Source: Eledone cirrhosa (Eukaryota). Taken from it: a stretch of 64,000 bases of DNA. The notes below the pieces were generated by a model. It was given only the letters and a program-made list of their open reading frames with translations. It searched no databases and was not told where the DNA came from. The translations under genes were made by a program, and so were the position numbers. Location of the stretch: positions 558,001 to 622,000 of the forward strand of contig CAXHJY010000001.1 of NCBI GenBank assembly GCA_964016885.1, in the 5' to 3' direction. Below are positions 13,541 through 26,344 of this stretch, piece after piece; within the stretch, counting starts at the first letter, position 1, and every line of letters starts with the position of its first letter.

Positions 13541-13688
13541 ATACGTACATATATATATGTGTGCATGTATGTATATATATATACATACTACTGTACGCCT
13601 GTATACATATATGTATGTATGTATACATACTTTATATTTAAGTAACAGCCGCACTAAGAGTGAGAAATATATATATATATATATATAT

Positions 13689-13880
13689 AGGGGCGGTGAA
13701 TTGGCAGTATCGGTAGAGGGTCGGACGCCATGCTTTCCAGCATAGTTATGTCCCTTTACGGCCTGAGTTCAAATGCCGTCAAGGTTAACTTTGCCTTTCA
13801 TCCTTAGCGGGTCGATAAAATAAAGTACCAGTAATGAACTGTGTAATTGCTGGCCTTGTGCCAAAAGTAGAAACAATTAT
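13689..13880 (+). mobile_element. tRNA-derived SINE (family B)
   Basis: GGGGCGGTGAATTGGCAGTATCGGTAGAG..GAGTTCAAAT..GGTCGATAAAATAAAGTACCAGT; at least ten related copies in the window. Confidence 0.85.
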
Positions 13881-13914
13881 ATATATATTATATATTTATT
13901 ATATATATATATTA

Positions 13915-15237
13915 CTAGCTGGCCTTTACGGCTGGTGTCTGGCTAAGTATACCGGCATTTTATCTTTTCAGGAAAGATACCGCATGCCCTCTCAAGTAAG
14001 CGAGGGGGGGGGGGGGTAATGTGCTCTGGTGTTGGGTTTCAATAGTTTTTAAGATTCCCCACTTCAGCATCCAGTACGTTAAAGAAAATTGATAGTTACA
14101 ACAATAAAGGCTGAACAGAGAACACATTTTTTAACAAACAATAATTTGTACAACCATAATGGAAATTCCAAGTAACAGAAAATATTTAAATTACATTGTT
14201 AGAGACTCAGAGTATAAAATATTTTTTGTTCAGCCCTCCGGAGCAAAGATTGTTTGGTGAGCTAACCCTAGAGCATCCTACATACAATTGACCATGGGAG
14301 AATCACTGATTTCGTAGCTCGTCTCGCAGAGAAGCTCTGTAGACGTTGACCTCTGGACACTCCTGTCAGGAGCAGGCAAGCTGTAGTGGCCTAGAGGCCG
14401 ACCACCAATCTCCAGGACTCTGTTTTCAAGACAAATGAGCGCCTCATTGAAAACGACATTGTATGTTAGGTTTGGATTGTGTCTGCGTGTGCGGTGGAGG
14501 ATGTCCTCAGCTAGACTTTCGCAGTGGTTGTTCCACAGTGCGAGAGGGTCGGCGATATCGCAGTTGTGCAGCATAATAGCAAAAGGTTTTCGCAGCTGAG
14601 AAGGGACTTTAGCTATTTAGTAGGGTGAGGTGTCAATGGCTGTCATCATGTAACATACCACGCATCTGGCAAGCCTAACAGTAAGTGGAACATTGATGGC
14701 CATTGATGGTTCTCAGATCTTGGAAAGACTGTGGTCCTCTAACCTCGAACAGTAACAATGACGATAAGCTGTCTGTGCTTTCATGAAATAAATAGGTTTT
14801 TGTTTTTGTGTATGCAAAAATATCTGTACACGAATATATATATTAAAATAACAGATTAAAGTTTAAGCAAAGAATCGCTGCTTTCACCCTTAACGGGATC
14901 TTCTGAAACTAAAAATATCAGTCTGTGAACGCAGAAGTAAATATTTCGAAAAACGTTATCTAATGCAGACAGCCAGACATACAGACTAAGAAAAAGAGGG
15001 GAATGTTGTGTGACGTCATAAGAAAAGTGAGGAATGACGTATAACCGGAAGTGTTGATGTTTGAAATTTTAAAGAAGTGAATATTTAAATAATGTCTTTA
15101 ATCATTCAGTAGACAAAAATACCCTCACTTTTTTACTTGGAAAAAGTTACATCTATGGAGCAAATTTGGTGCTGTTTGGTCTAGCCGTTTGGCGGAAAGT
15201 TTGTACCTACATACGGCCATCAGCTTTATAGTATAGA
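13915..15237 (-). mobile_element. Non-autonomous, internally deleted Helitron
   Basis: Minus strand starts A|TCTATACTATAAAG and ends ..GGCCAGCTAG|T. It contains RepHel remnants: VRGPQSFQDLRT, DPLALWNNHCESLAED, and PIF1 C-terminal FSHGQLYVGCSRV..TKNILY. Confidence 0.9.
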
Positions 15238-15628
15238 TATATATATATTATATATCTATTATATATATATATTATATATATATTATATATGTATATTATA
15301 TATATATATTATATATATATATATATTATATATATATTATATATGTATATTATATATATATATATTATATATATATATTATATATGTATATTATATATAT
15401 ATATTATATATATATTATATATATATTATATATGTATATTACGGTAAAAACCTCCCAGTCCCACACTGTAAATGTGGTTGGTGTTAGGAAGGGCATCCAA
15501 CTGTAGAAAACCTGCCAGACAGTCCTATGCGAGCAAGACAATCACTCTTGCCTCAAGTGGGAATACCCCCGTCCAAACCCATGCAAGCGTGGAACACGGA
15601 CGTTAAACGTTGATGATGATGATGATGA

Positions 15629-15695
<67 letters not shown>
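15238..15695. repeat. AT-rich microsatellites flanking an RTE-tail fragment (15440-15630)
   Basis: (TA)n runs. The internal fragment matches 60305-60490. Confidence 0.85.
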
Positions 15696-15697
<2 letters not shown>

Positions 15698-15919
15698 CAC
15701 TTCTCATTTCAGAGACAGTTTTGGTATTTTTTGACAAATCTAAGGAACCCTTTTGTAAATCAATATGTACAACCAGACCTTTGAGCTGTTCAGGGGATGT
15801 AAACGCTTGGTCTATTTCTATAAAAGGAGAGGGTACCTGTATCGAAACATTATCATTATCAGGTCTGTTGATCTTTATTCATTCAAACTTTAGTTGTTAA
15901 TCTCTACAAACTGTGACTG

Positions 15920-16915
15920 TTAACCCTTTAGCATTTAAAGCGACTGTATCTGGCTAGAATTCTCTCACCTCTTTCTGTTCAAACTGGCTGTAACCAGCCG
16001 TTCATATTAATGTTAAGATAATTGTTTCTACTTTGGGCACAAGGCCAGCAATTACCCAGTGCATTACTCAGATCGTAAAGGGCCGTAACTCTATGCTGGA
16101 AAGCATGGCGTCCGACCCTCCACTGATACTGCCAACCCACCGCCCTTATTAATGTTAAGATAATGTTCTCAAAATAGATAATATCAAAATCTAATATATT
16201 CAATATTATGTTTCTACTTTTGGGGGCACAAGGCCAGCAATTACCCTAGTGTATTACTGGTACTTTATTTTATCGACCCCCGTAAGGATGAATGGTAAAG
16301 TTATCCTCGACGGGATTTGAACTCAGACCATAATATTAGGTGAGATAATTATGTGAGACTGGCAGTAATCGGTAGAGTGTCAGACACCATTTTTACGGCC
16401 CTTTATGTTCTGAGTTCAAATCCCGCCGAGGTTAACTTTGCCTTTCATCCTTACAGGGGTCGATAAAATAATGTACCAGTAATGCACTGGGGGTAATTGC
16501 TGGATTGGACTGGCAGTAATCCGTAGAGCATCAGACACCATGTTTTGCAGCATAGAATTATGGCCCTTTACGTTCTGAGTTCAAATCCTGCTGAAGTTAG
16601 CTTTGCCTTTCATTCTTACGGAGGTCGATAAAATAAAGTACCAGTAATGCACTGGGGGTAATTGCTGGCTGGCCTTGTGCCAAAAGTAGAAACAATTATT
16701 ATTATTGGATTGGCAGTAATCCATAGAGTGTCAGACACCATGCTTTGCAGCATAGAATTATGGACCTTTACGTTCTGATTTCAAACCCGCCAAGGTTTGC
16801 CTTTCATTCTTATGGGGGGGTCAATAAAATAAAGTTCCAGTAATGCACTGAGGTAATTCAGCAATTACCCCTGTGTATTACTGGTACCTTGTGCCAAATA
16901 GTAGAAACAATTAAC
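15920..16915. mobile_element. Reverse-oriented TTAA MITE interrupted by SINE-B pieces, then three tandem SINE-B copies (about 16358-16915)
   Basis: TTAACCCTTTAGCATTTAAA at 15920, with repeated SINE-B head and core motifs. Confidence 0.75.
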
Positions 16916-16980
16916 TGTAGATGAGAGAGAACTGTGGAAATGTAGTCCATCAGTGTGATAAATTCTAACTTTTAACATAG

Positions 16981-17124
16981 GTTGTGCATCTCAATGGTAT
17001 GGATATACTTGTAACAAGCAATGCCATTGTTTAAACGATGCTGACTGCCATCAACAAACTGGGGCTTGCCCATATGGCTGTGAAGAAGGATGGACCGGAC
17101 CGGATTGCCAAGTAAAAACCTATA
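16981..17124 (+). CDS. Host gene exon: EGF-like module
   Basis: AG|..|GTAAGT, 144 bp, phase 1-1. Translation CASQWYGYTCNKQCHCLNDADCHQQTGACPYGCEEGWTGPDCQVKTY. Confidence 0.9.
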
Positions 17125-17289
17125 GTAAGTAGATTTCTAATTATCATGCCGTTGTTGTTGCTGTCACTGTTGAGGCTGAGGTTGCTATATCATCATCATC
17201 ATCATCATCGTTTACGTCTATCTTCCATGCTAGCATGGGTTAGTCGGGAGTTGTCCCAATTGAGGCAAGATTGGTCGGGTGACCGTGTC

Positions 17290-17585
17290 TCGTTCGTATA
17301 GGACTATACTGTCTCAAGCCTGAAGGCTCATTAGGCCAATGCTTATCCTGGTTTCATGGCATAAAGCGACTGTGAGTACAAGACTTCCTCCTGGACAGGA
17401 CATCAGTCCATTGCAGGGTTACACCCTCCACAGCTATTGCTGGTGCTCATTTTCAGCAGAGTATACTGGAGCAACATGAAATGAAGTGTTTTGCTCAAGA
17501 ACACAACACACAACCCACCCCAGAAATCGAACCCATGACATTATGATTGTAAGTCCAACACACTTAACACTAGGCCACATGCCTC
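17290..17585 (-). mobile_element. tRNA-derived SINE (family A variant)
   Basis: Minus strand GGCATGTGGCCTAGTG..GGGTTCGATTTC. Related to 33835-34085 and 37550-37805. Confidence 0.75.
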
Positions 17586-17755
17586 TACTGGAAATATGGA
17601 ATAATTTAGAGATAACGTAAAAGATATTTCAAAAGTTTAGTATATAGAAAACAATTTGTCTTTTCCCACTGGATCAATCATCATTTCAACTGACTGAGAT
17701 CCATTTCATTTCATAGTAATTGACTTTCATTAAATTTTCTTTCATTCTTTTTCAG

Positions 17756-18013
17756 GAAATATAGCTATTGGTGAAGTAGCTACACAAACCACGACAGACA
17801 AAACAAGCAGTGTAATTCTAATGAAAAACAATGTTTGTCGCAATGAAATGTACTCAATGTCAACTAACCTGGCTGTAGATGGTAACTTCGATCAAAACCC
17901 ACAACACAGATCTTGTTCTCATACAATGAGCTCTCCAACATCATTGTGGACTCTTGAACTCAGACAAACATACGATATTTCCCAACTAAGGATATATTAT
18001 AACTATATTGATA
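17756..18013 (+). CDS. Host gene exon: N-terminal half of an F-type lectin (fucolectin/FTP)-like domain
   Basis: Polypyrimidine-CAG|..|GTAAGT, 258 bp, phase 1-1. NIAIGEVATQTT..AVDGN..SCSHT..LWTLEL..YDISQLRIYY. Confidence 0.88.
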
Positions 18014-18092
18014 GTAAGTTGGTTTTTTTGTTTGTTTGGAAAGATTTTGCCTTCTTGCCTGTTACACTTTACAATTTCACTTCCCTCTAGAA

Positions 18093-18943
18093 CAGAGGTT
18101 CTCAAAGTGGGTGCTACTGCCCCAAGAGGGGTGCTGGGGCTTAAGGATAGGGGTGGAGAGGATATAATAGTATATCAAATATCAAATGATAAATTTTATA
18201 TATAAATAGCTCATGGAGGAGATGTCAAGGAACCGTGACAAATGGAGAGATGCTGTGTTTAATAAGACCTGTCCCACCCTTACAAGCAGGGAAAAGCGGA
18301 TGTAAAATGATGATAATGATGATGATAGTGAAGGCTGAGTGATTAGAGAATCGGATTTGCAATCGTGAGGTTGTGAGGTTGTTCTTTCTACCTGGAGTTG
18401 CAACTGATAGATAGTATTAGCAATTGGAAAGACCAATGGAAGCATTGATTCCGTGGTCCAATTTGATGGAAGTTGATCGACTGTCGATATATTATAGAAG
18501 GTAGGACACCATGCTTTGCAGCATAGAGTTACGGCCCTTTATTATCTGACTTTAAATCCCTCCTAGGTTAATTTTGCCTTTCACCTTTACTGGGTCGATA
18601 AAATACAGTACCAGTAATACACTGGAGTAATTGCTGGCCTTGTGCCAAAAGTAGAAAGAATTATTTATTATATATCAACCATTTTATGTATTATATATTA
18701 TTTACTTTATTTCACGTTGCTCCTTCTACCTGGAGTTGCGACCGATAGATAGTATTAGCAATTGGAAAGACCAACGGAAACATTGTTTCCTCGGTCCGAT
18801 TTGACGAAAGTCAATCGTTCCTTTTTTTTATATTATTTACAATTTGCTTGTAGGTAGGTCTCTCTGGAAATAGGTGTGGTGTTTTAGAGGGTATTACAAG
18901 GCCGTGTGGGGGGCGATGGCCCGAAAAAGTTTGAGAACCTCTG
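18093..18943. mobile_element. hAT (Charlie-like) MITE with nested SINE pieces
   Basis: TIR CAGAGGTTCTCAAA / TTTGAGAACCTCTG; 8-bp TSD CTCTAGAA / TTCTAGAA. Confidence 0.9.
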
Positions 18944-19176
18944 TTCTAGAATGTCACCATTTACTAAAGACATTTATTTATAAATGGCATGAAACACACA
19001 TGTTCCTAATTGTTTAACTGTTTGGATACCAAACTGTCTGAATCAACTCTACCCCTTGAACTTGAACTGGCACTGTCGGTTACAACAATGAGTGTTCCAG
19101 TTGACACTATTACTGGAACAGCCTGTTCATGAAATTAACGTGCAAGTGGCTGAGTATTCCACAGACATGCATACCC

Positions 19177-19405
19177 TTAACCCTTTAGCATTTACATTAC
19201 TCCATATCTAATATTACATTTTTGTGGTAAAGGCTTTATCTTACATAATTATCTCACATAATATCAAATCTATGAGATTTTGATATTATATATTTTGAGA
19301 ACAATACCTTCACATAAGTATGAGCAGCCAGTTATGGCTGGTTTGAACAGAAAGATGTGAGAGAATTCTGGCCGGATATGGCCAGTTTAAATGCTAAAGG
19401 GTTAA
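19177..19405 (+). mobile_element. Unexpanded TTAA MITE (about 230 bp) inserted in a SINE
   Basis: TTAACCCTTTAGCATTTAC..AAATGCTAAAGGGTTAA. The interrupted repeat resembles 45128-45420. Confidence 0.9.
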
Positions 19406-19700
19406 CATAGCTCTCAGGGAGATTCAGCATGACACAGAGTGTGACAAGGCTGACCCTTTGAATTACAGGTACAACTCATTTTTGCCAGCTGAGTGAACTG
19501 GAATAATATGAAATAAAGTGTCTTGCTCAAGGACACAACACTCCGCTGGTAAACAAACTCATGACCTTACGATTGTGAGGCGAATACTCTAAACACAGAG
19601 CCACGCATCTTAGTTTATGATAAAATGTTTATAACTATCTTAAAACCTTCTATCCTAACTTTATGTAAGAACATTTGTTAAGTTATGTTTTAACTCTTTA

Positions 19701-20424
19701 GCATTTACATTACTCTATATATACTATTGTATTGTCACAGTAAAGGCTTTACCTCACATAATACCTCACATAACATTTACATTACTCTATATATACTATT
19801 GTATTTTCACAGTAAAGGCTTTACCTCACATAATATCTCACATAACATTTACATTACTCTATATATACTATTGTATTTTTGTGGTAAAGGCTTTACCTCA
19901 CATAATACCTCACATAACATTTACATTACTCTATATATACTATTGTATTTTCACAGTAAAGGCTTTACCTCACAATATCTCTCACATAACATTTACATTA
20001 CTCTATATATACTATTGTATTTTTGTGGTAAAGGCTTTACCTCACATAATACCTCACATAACATTTACATTACTCTATATATACTATTGTATTTTCACAG
20101 TAAAGGCTTTACTTCACATAATACCTCATATAACATTTACATTACTCTATATATACTATTGTATTTTCACAGTAAAGGCTTTACCTCACATAATACCTCA
20201 CATAACATTTACATTACTCTATATATACTATTGTATTTTTGTGGTAAAGGCTTTACCTCACATAATACCTCACATAACATTTACATTACTCTATATATAC
20301 TATTGTATTTTTGTGGTAAAGGCTTTACCTCACATAATACCTCACATAACATTTACATTACTCTATATATACTATTGTATTTTTGTGGTAAAGGCTTTAC
20401 CTCACATAATATCTCACATAACAT
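19701..20424 (+). repeat. 72-bp satellite, about 10 units
   Basis: ACATTTACATTACTCTATATATACTATTGTATTTTCACAGTAAAGGCTTTACCTCACATAATACCTCACATA; 24-aa periodicity in the ORF track. Confidence 0.95.
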
Positions 20425-20600
20425 CTCGTATACGAGAGACGTGTGTTGATTTACTTACTCAAAAGTGAGTTTTGATTAATTTTTTATACTGTAATATACG
20501 TTAACCCCATGCCTTGGTCGTCAAACTTTGAGTTTATTTATTTTCGCCCCTTTCTGGGGCGAATTTTCCAGTTAAAAATTATTACGGCAAACTAATAGAA

Positions 20601-22094
20601 ATGGATGGAATTTTCACATCTCATCCTAACGAGAAAGCCACGCCCCCTAAGAAAGGTGATGCAGAGAAGCTAGAAGCACAAGGCTCTAAGTCTCCCCTCC
20701 TGACTTCTGCAAAAGAAACATGGAACACGGAATTAAAAGAAAAATTTGTAAAAATGGGTGAAAACCCAGAAAGTCACATAAACGCAGACAAAAACAACAA
20801 CGACAATAACAGCAATAGTCACAACACCAACCAAGGAAAAAATAACGATAACACCAAACAAAGCGAACCCACTACTGGTGCCTCCTTTGCACAGGCGGTC
20901 CGGAAAACACAAACCTGCAAGCAACTGGACATTACAACTCTGTGAGAAAAGATGAAGGAAGCGAAACAGTATGTAACTTTCAAAGAAGGAGGAGACTTCA
21001 CAATCACCTCTCCACAAGAAATCAAAAGAGACACGACGCTAAGAACGATATCTTTCAGAACAATTTCCAACATAACAAGGAAACCAACTCAATTATCCCA
21101 AAAAGAGATTGAGCTGGTCCTAAAAAATGTGTGGAGTGATATATCGTTCATACAAAAAGGGCCACTCTATGGGAATATAACGGTCCTAATGAAGGATCAA
21201 TTGACGGCCAGGAAATACTCTGTGGCGCCAATTGTTTCCAAGCTACATACATTTTTCCCCACATATTTAGGGAAAAGAACGCAGAAGATAAGGGTCTCCG
21301 GAATCCGGCCAAATGCATGCATTTCCTGGGTACTAACAGGATTTTTAGAAGACGAGGACGGAATCCTTTCAGTAGGAGAAGTCACCACAGACGTTTTCGG
21401 CGGTTTGAGCGTGGAGGTTCTGGTCCAAATGAGACCAGAACGAATAGCTAGAATACCACAGAGGGTGTGCCTCGATGGAGAAACATTTATATATATTTCA
21501 GCCGCGGGTAGGAGGCCCATATGTTACTACTGTTCAAGCAGGGGTCATCTAAGGGCTGCTTGTCCTCAATTGACAAAAAAAAAGGCTCTTTTGCCTACAC
21601 CCCACACACCACCACCGCCACCACCACCACCACCACAACAACAACAAAAACAACACGGAAAAATAACACAAGACACGGCCCCACCCAAAACAACTCCCAA
21701 AACACACACAAATACAACAAAACCCCAAAATACACCACTACCCGACAGCACGGACGAGGACCCAGCTGAAACGGCACCTAGTGACGAAGAGGGGGAACCC
21801 TTCCAACCTGTAAAAAGGAAAAAAAGAAAGCACCACTCGAACATAAACGAAACAAACACACAACCACCAACAAAAACAAAACAAACAGAACAAACAAAAT
21901 CCGCCCCACCCCAAAACATAACACATACAACAAAACGTAAGCACACACAAGAACAACAAACAAACACAACACAAATAAAACAGTATACATACATTAACAC
22001 AAATAACAAAGAACTCGTAAAAACAATACACAAAGACCCTTTGGTGGAAACTGAAGGGCAATTCTTTGCAAGCGCGGGAACAAACCGCATTTAA
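20601..22094 (+). pseudogene. Tx1 ORF1 (gag-like, zinc knuckle), in-frame TGA at 20943-20945
   Basis: CYYCSSRGHLRAAC. Copy 2 has AGA at the stop position. Confidence 0.88.
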
Positions 22095-22342
22095 AAATGA
22101 TAAGACTCCCAATGGACACCTATGCAAAACTAAGAGAGAACTTTCCTGAGGACGTGGGGAAAACATGTACTCGACCCTATAACCGCGTCCTCTTGAAACG
22201 TTTCCCCACCCACACCTCACCAAACACCCCCACTCCACCACAGAACAACACCCCACCAAACAACCCCTCCAATACGCCCATGGATATTGTGCAACCTGCT
22301 CCTCAGGAGCCGAACAGGTAGGTCCTTCCTCTTTTAACCAAC

Positions 22343-25300
22343 ATGGCTGATATAAGAGTTGGGTGTCTGAATGTACGCGGCCTGGGACTGTCTTGGAAAC
22401 AAGGCAAACTTTTAAACGATCTCAGGTCGCATAGAATGGATGTAATGGCTATTTGCGAGTCCAGGATCAGCAGCGAGCACCAACTGGCGCCCCTCTTCGA
22501 CGACTTTGAGATCTTCGCATCTCTCTGTCAACCGGGGGGTGGGGGTGGAGTTGTCGTTCTGCTGCGAAAACACCTGGGCCTCGCCATACAGAAGGTGCAC
22601 CTGGACCCGGAGGGTCGACTGGTGGTTTTAGACGTCGGCAGTAGTGAAAGTGGAGCCCTTAGACTAATAGCTGTGTACGCCTCTTTTTGGGCAGCACGGC
22701 CGGAATACTTCCAACGTCTGGAAACTTTTCTGGGAACGTCCCGCTCCTTGCTTTTAGTGGGGGACTGGAATGGTATCCTGGATGCACGTTGGGACTATGT
22801 AGGGGCATGTGCCAATAGAGGGGGGTGTAAAAGCCTCAAAAGGTTAATCGGCCGATTTGACCTGGCCGATAGATATCGACTAGATTTTCCGACTGTACCA
22901 CTATGGACGTAGACCAATCACAGCGGAACATCTAGGTCGTACCTAGATAGGGTCCTAGTTAGAGAGAAGGATAGGGACACATTTAGCTGTCCAAAAATGT
23001 TCATGGTTGACTATTCGGATCACAAGTTAGTGACTTGCATAGCCAACCTTGATAGAACCCATAGACAGGGACCCGGTTACTGGAAGCTGAACTTGTCCTT
23101 ACCGCGAAGCAAAGCTTACAGTAAACGGATTAGCTCGTTAGTTAAGCAGAGTTTGACAGGGGCAATTGTCAACAACAGGTGGTGGAGCTCTCTTAAGAGA
23201 GCAATTAGAATAGAATCGATAGGTTTTAGTCAGGAATTAGCAAGGGATAGGAACAAGACGGAAAGGGAATTAGTAGATAGAGTAGAAGAGGCGATTAGGT
23301 GTGGCAATGTAGCCGGCGTGCTGGCATCAAGAATGGCCTTAGACCAGTTCTTTGAGGTGAAGCATGAAGGCTGCGTTGTCAGGAGTAAAATACGTGCTCT
23401 GGGTAATGAGGGAGCCAAAGCTGTGAGCTGGGCCCAAGTGACAGAGGCAAAAAGTGGGAACAAGTCCACGATTCGGTCTTTGAAGGACCAGGATGGGCGT
23501 GTGATCCTTGAACCTGGGCAGATGTGTGCGGCCTTTCAGCGGCACTTTGCACGACTGTTCGAGAGGGGCGGCGCGCCGGGTGAGACTATGGATTTCAATC
23601 CATACCTCGACGGTCTGCCGCGCCTCTCGGACGCGGAGGCGAAGTCCTGCGAAAGGCCGATTTCAGCTGCTGAGATAGGGGCGGCGCTGAGCCAATGCGG
23701 CAAACGCAAATCCCCGGGTCTCGATGGTCTACCATACGAGCTATATGTAGCGATGCCGGACTTGTTCTCCGATATCCTCGAAGTGGTCTACTGCAACTGG
23801 CAGCAGAACGGGAGAATTCCCAGTTCTGTGACCAAGGGCGTAGTTACACTGGTGAGGAAGGATGAGAACAAGGGGGATGACATAAGTAACTTCAGGCCCA
23901 TAACTCTGCTAAATACAGAGTTAAAGATTTTGGCCAAGGTGTTAGCGAAGAGGTTGGCGCTTGTCGTCGGAAACCTGGTGAGAGAAGCGCAGACATGCGC
24001 AATCCCTTCCAGGTCCATTCACGACAATCTCCACCTTATGCGATACATCATAGAGAGGGTAGGGAATGAACCCGGCTTTGGTGGGGCCCTGATCAACTTG
24101 GATCAATCTAAAGCTTTCGATAGGGTTGACCATCGTTACCTGGATGCAGTGCTCGCGGCGGCAGGCTTCGGACCCGTTTTCAGGGGTTGGATTGCTGCGA
24201 TGCACAGCAGCAACGTCTGTTCAAGGGTCAAGGTGAACGGCCACCTCTCGGAGCCGTTCCAAATCATGCAATCCATCCAACAGGGATGCCCTCTCTCCTC
24301 CCTACTGTATGTGCAGGCTCTTGAGCCACTACTGCGGAAGTTGGAGCGGTTGCAGGGCATCCCTTTGGAACCGGGATTGCAGAAAGCGGCGTCGGCCTAC
24401 GCCGATGACGTGACAGTAATGGTGTCGAAAACCTCGCAAATCGGTGAGATCGGCACCTTACTGGAGGAATATGAAAGGTTTACAGGAGCCAAGCTGAACC
24501 GGGACAAGTCCGTCGGTTTGCAACTCGGAACATGGAGAGGCAAACCGATGCCCTCCAACGACGTCGTCGGACGCTGGACGGAGGGCCCGGTGGAGCTGCT
24601 TGGGGTCTGGTTCGGACCAGACCTCCAGGTGGAGAAAAACTGGAACGAGTTAACGGCCAGGGTGTGGGCCCAGTGCAAACTATCCCTGAAAGGTCGAGCG
24701 GAGGTGGCGAATACTTATATAGCATCCGTCATCTACTACCGCTTGACCGTCGTGCCTTGCCCAGTGAAAAGACTCGCCAAAATGGAGTGCGCGCTGTTCC
24801 AATTTCTTTGGAACAAGCGGACCCCTTTGGTGAGGAGATCCATCTGCTGTCAACACCCTTCGAAAGGAGGGCTGGGGATGCCGTGGCTACAGATGCGTAA
24901 ACACGCATTAAGGCTATGGCACCTCCAGATATTCCTCACCGGTCAACCGGCGTGGGCCCCGTTTGTGAGGCGAGCCTTTCCCAGACTCGTCTCGCTCACC
25001 GAGCTGCAATCCTGGGTCAAGCAAAGACCGAGAAAAGTGGGCGACTGGCACATTGAATGTGCCCATGCGCTCACGGCCCTCTGGAAAGCGGACCCGGCAA
25101 TCAGTGGAGACTCCACCTCGACATTCTATAGAGGGTTGGTACGCAGCAGGTGCGACGATGCTCTCGGAGAAGCTCTAGGCATGGAGGAAGATGAACTGGC
25201 CAGTCTGTTTGGTAGGACGTTTGGCCCTGGACCGATGGACAACTTCCAAAAGTCCCTGGCTTGGCAGTGCTACCGAGGGGCTCTACCCGTTCAAGACAAG

Positions 25301-25762
25301 CTCCACAGGCATGGGAGCCTGCGTAGAGATCCTTTGAATAAGATCTGTCCGAGATGCGTGCATGATGACGAAACCGTTGCGCACGCATTCGTACACTGCC
25401 CAGGCATTGCTGACCTGTGGGGCTATGTGGAACGACTACTGTCGAGGGTGGGACCAATCCGGTTGACCACCGAGTCCATTGTTACGATCAAACCGCCTCC
25501 CCCTTTCAAAAACGAAGGAGAGGCGGTTTTTCTCTGTGTGATAGCCATAGCTAAAGAAGTTGTATGGTGGACGAGGCTGAAAGGGCTGAGGTCAGACACC
25601 TTTCTCTCCGGCCAACAACTGGTCCCCTTTTTCAAATACCATTTTAAAAGAAGGATCAGAATGGAGAGAGAGGTGCTCTACCCCAGCAAGTTTTATGAAA
25701 GGTGGGTGAAAGTAGGGAGAATGGCCAGAGTGAATGGGTCTTCTCTCTATATCAGCCTGTAG
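22343..25762 (+). pseudogene. Tx1 ORF2 (APE endonuclease + RT + C-terminal Cys finger), one in-frame TAG at 22910-22912
   Basis: CLNVRGL, GDWNG, YLDRVL, SDHKL; KSPGLDG, FRPITLLN, DQSKAFD, QGCPLS, YADD; CPRC..HAFVHC. Copy 2 has TGG at the stop. Confidence 0.93.
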
Positions 25763-25999
25763 GTGAAAGAAGAGGAAAAAGAGGAGACGAGGGAAGCACC
25801 TACTCTTTGTGCTCCTGAGGAGAGGGGTTGCACATTTTTTCCGGGGTATGTGCGACCCATGTTAATGCCCCCTCCCTATTGAGGACTTCGTTTGTTGTTG
25901 TTATTTCATTGTTATATTTTTGTACTCGTTAATTATATGTAAACTTCCCCCCTTGTATCTGTCCCTACCTTTTGTGCCCTAGTGGCAAATAAAGAAACC

Positions 26000-26136
26000 A
26001 CTCTATATATACTATTGTATGGTCACAGTAAAGGCTTTACCTCACATAATATCTCACATAACATTTACATTACTCTATATATACTATTGTATTTTCACAG
26101 TAAAGGCTTTACCTCACATAATATCTCACATAACAT
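26000..26136 (+). repeat. 72-bp satellite, about 2 units, between the two LINEs
   Basis: Same unit as 19701-20424. Confidence 0.95.
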
Positions 26137-26344
26137 CTCGTATACGAGAGACGTGTGTTGACGTGTGTGAACAAGCTCGGCTACCGAGTTGGATTTACTT
26201 ACTCAAAAGTGAGTTTTGATTAATTTTTTATACTGTAATATACGTTAACCCCATGCCTTGGTCGTCAAACTTTGAGTTTATTTATTTTCGCCCCTTTTTG
26301 GGGCGAATTTTCCAGTTAAAAATTATTACGGCAAACTAATAGAA

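Larger units (their letters stand above)
20425..25999 (+). mobile_element. Tx1-clade (L1 group) non-LTR retrotransposon, copy 1
   Basis: 5' UTR, ORF1 with CCHC knuckle, ORF2 APE-RT-Cys finger, 3' UTR with AATAAA at 25988-25993. Confidence 0.93.

Noticed and set aside
19727-20468. Long ORFs with 24-aa repeats (also 31584-32405)
   Set aside because: They are translations of the 72-bp satellite within a MITE.
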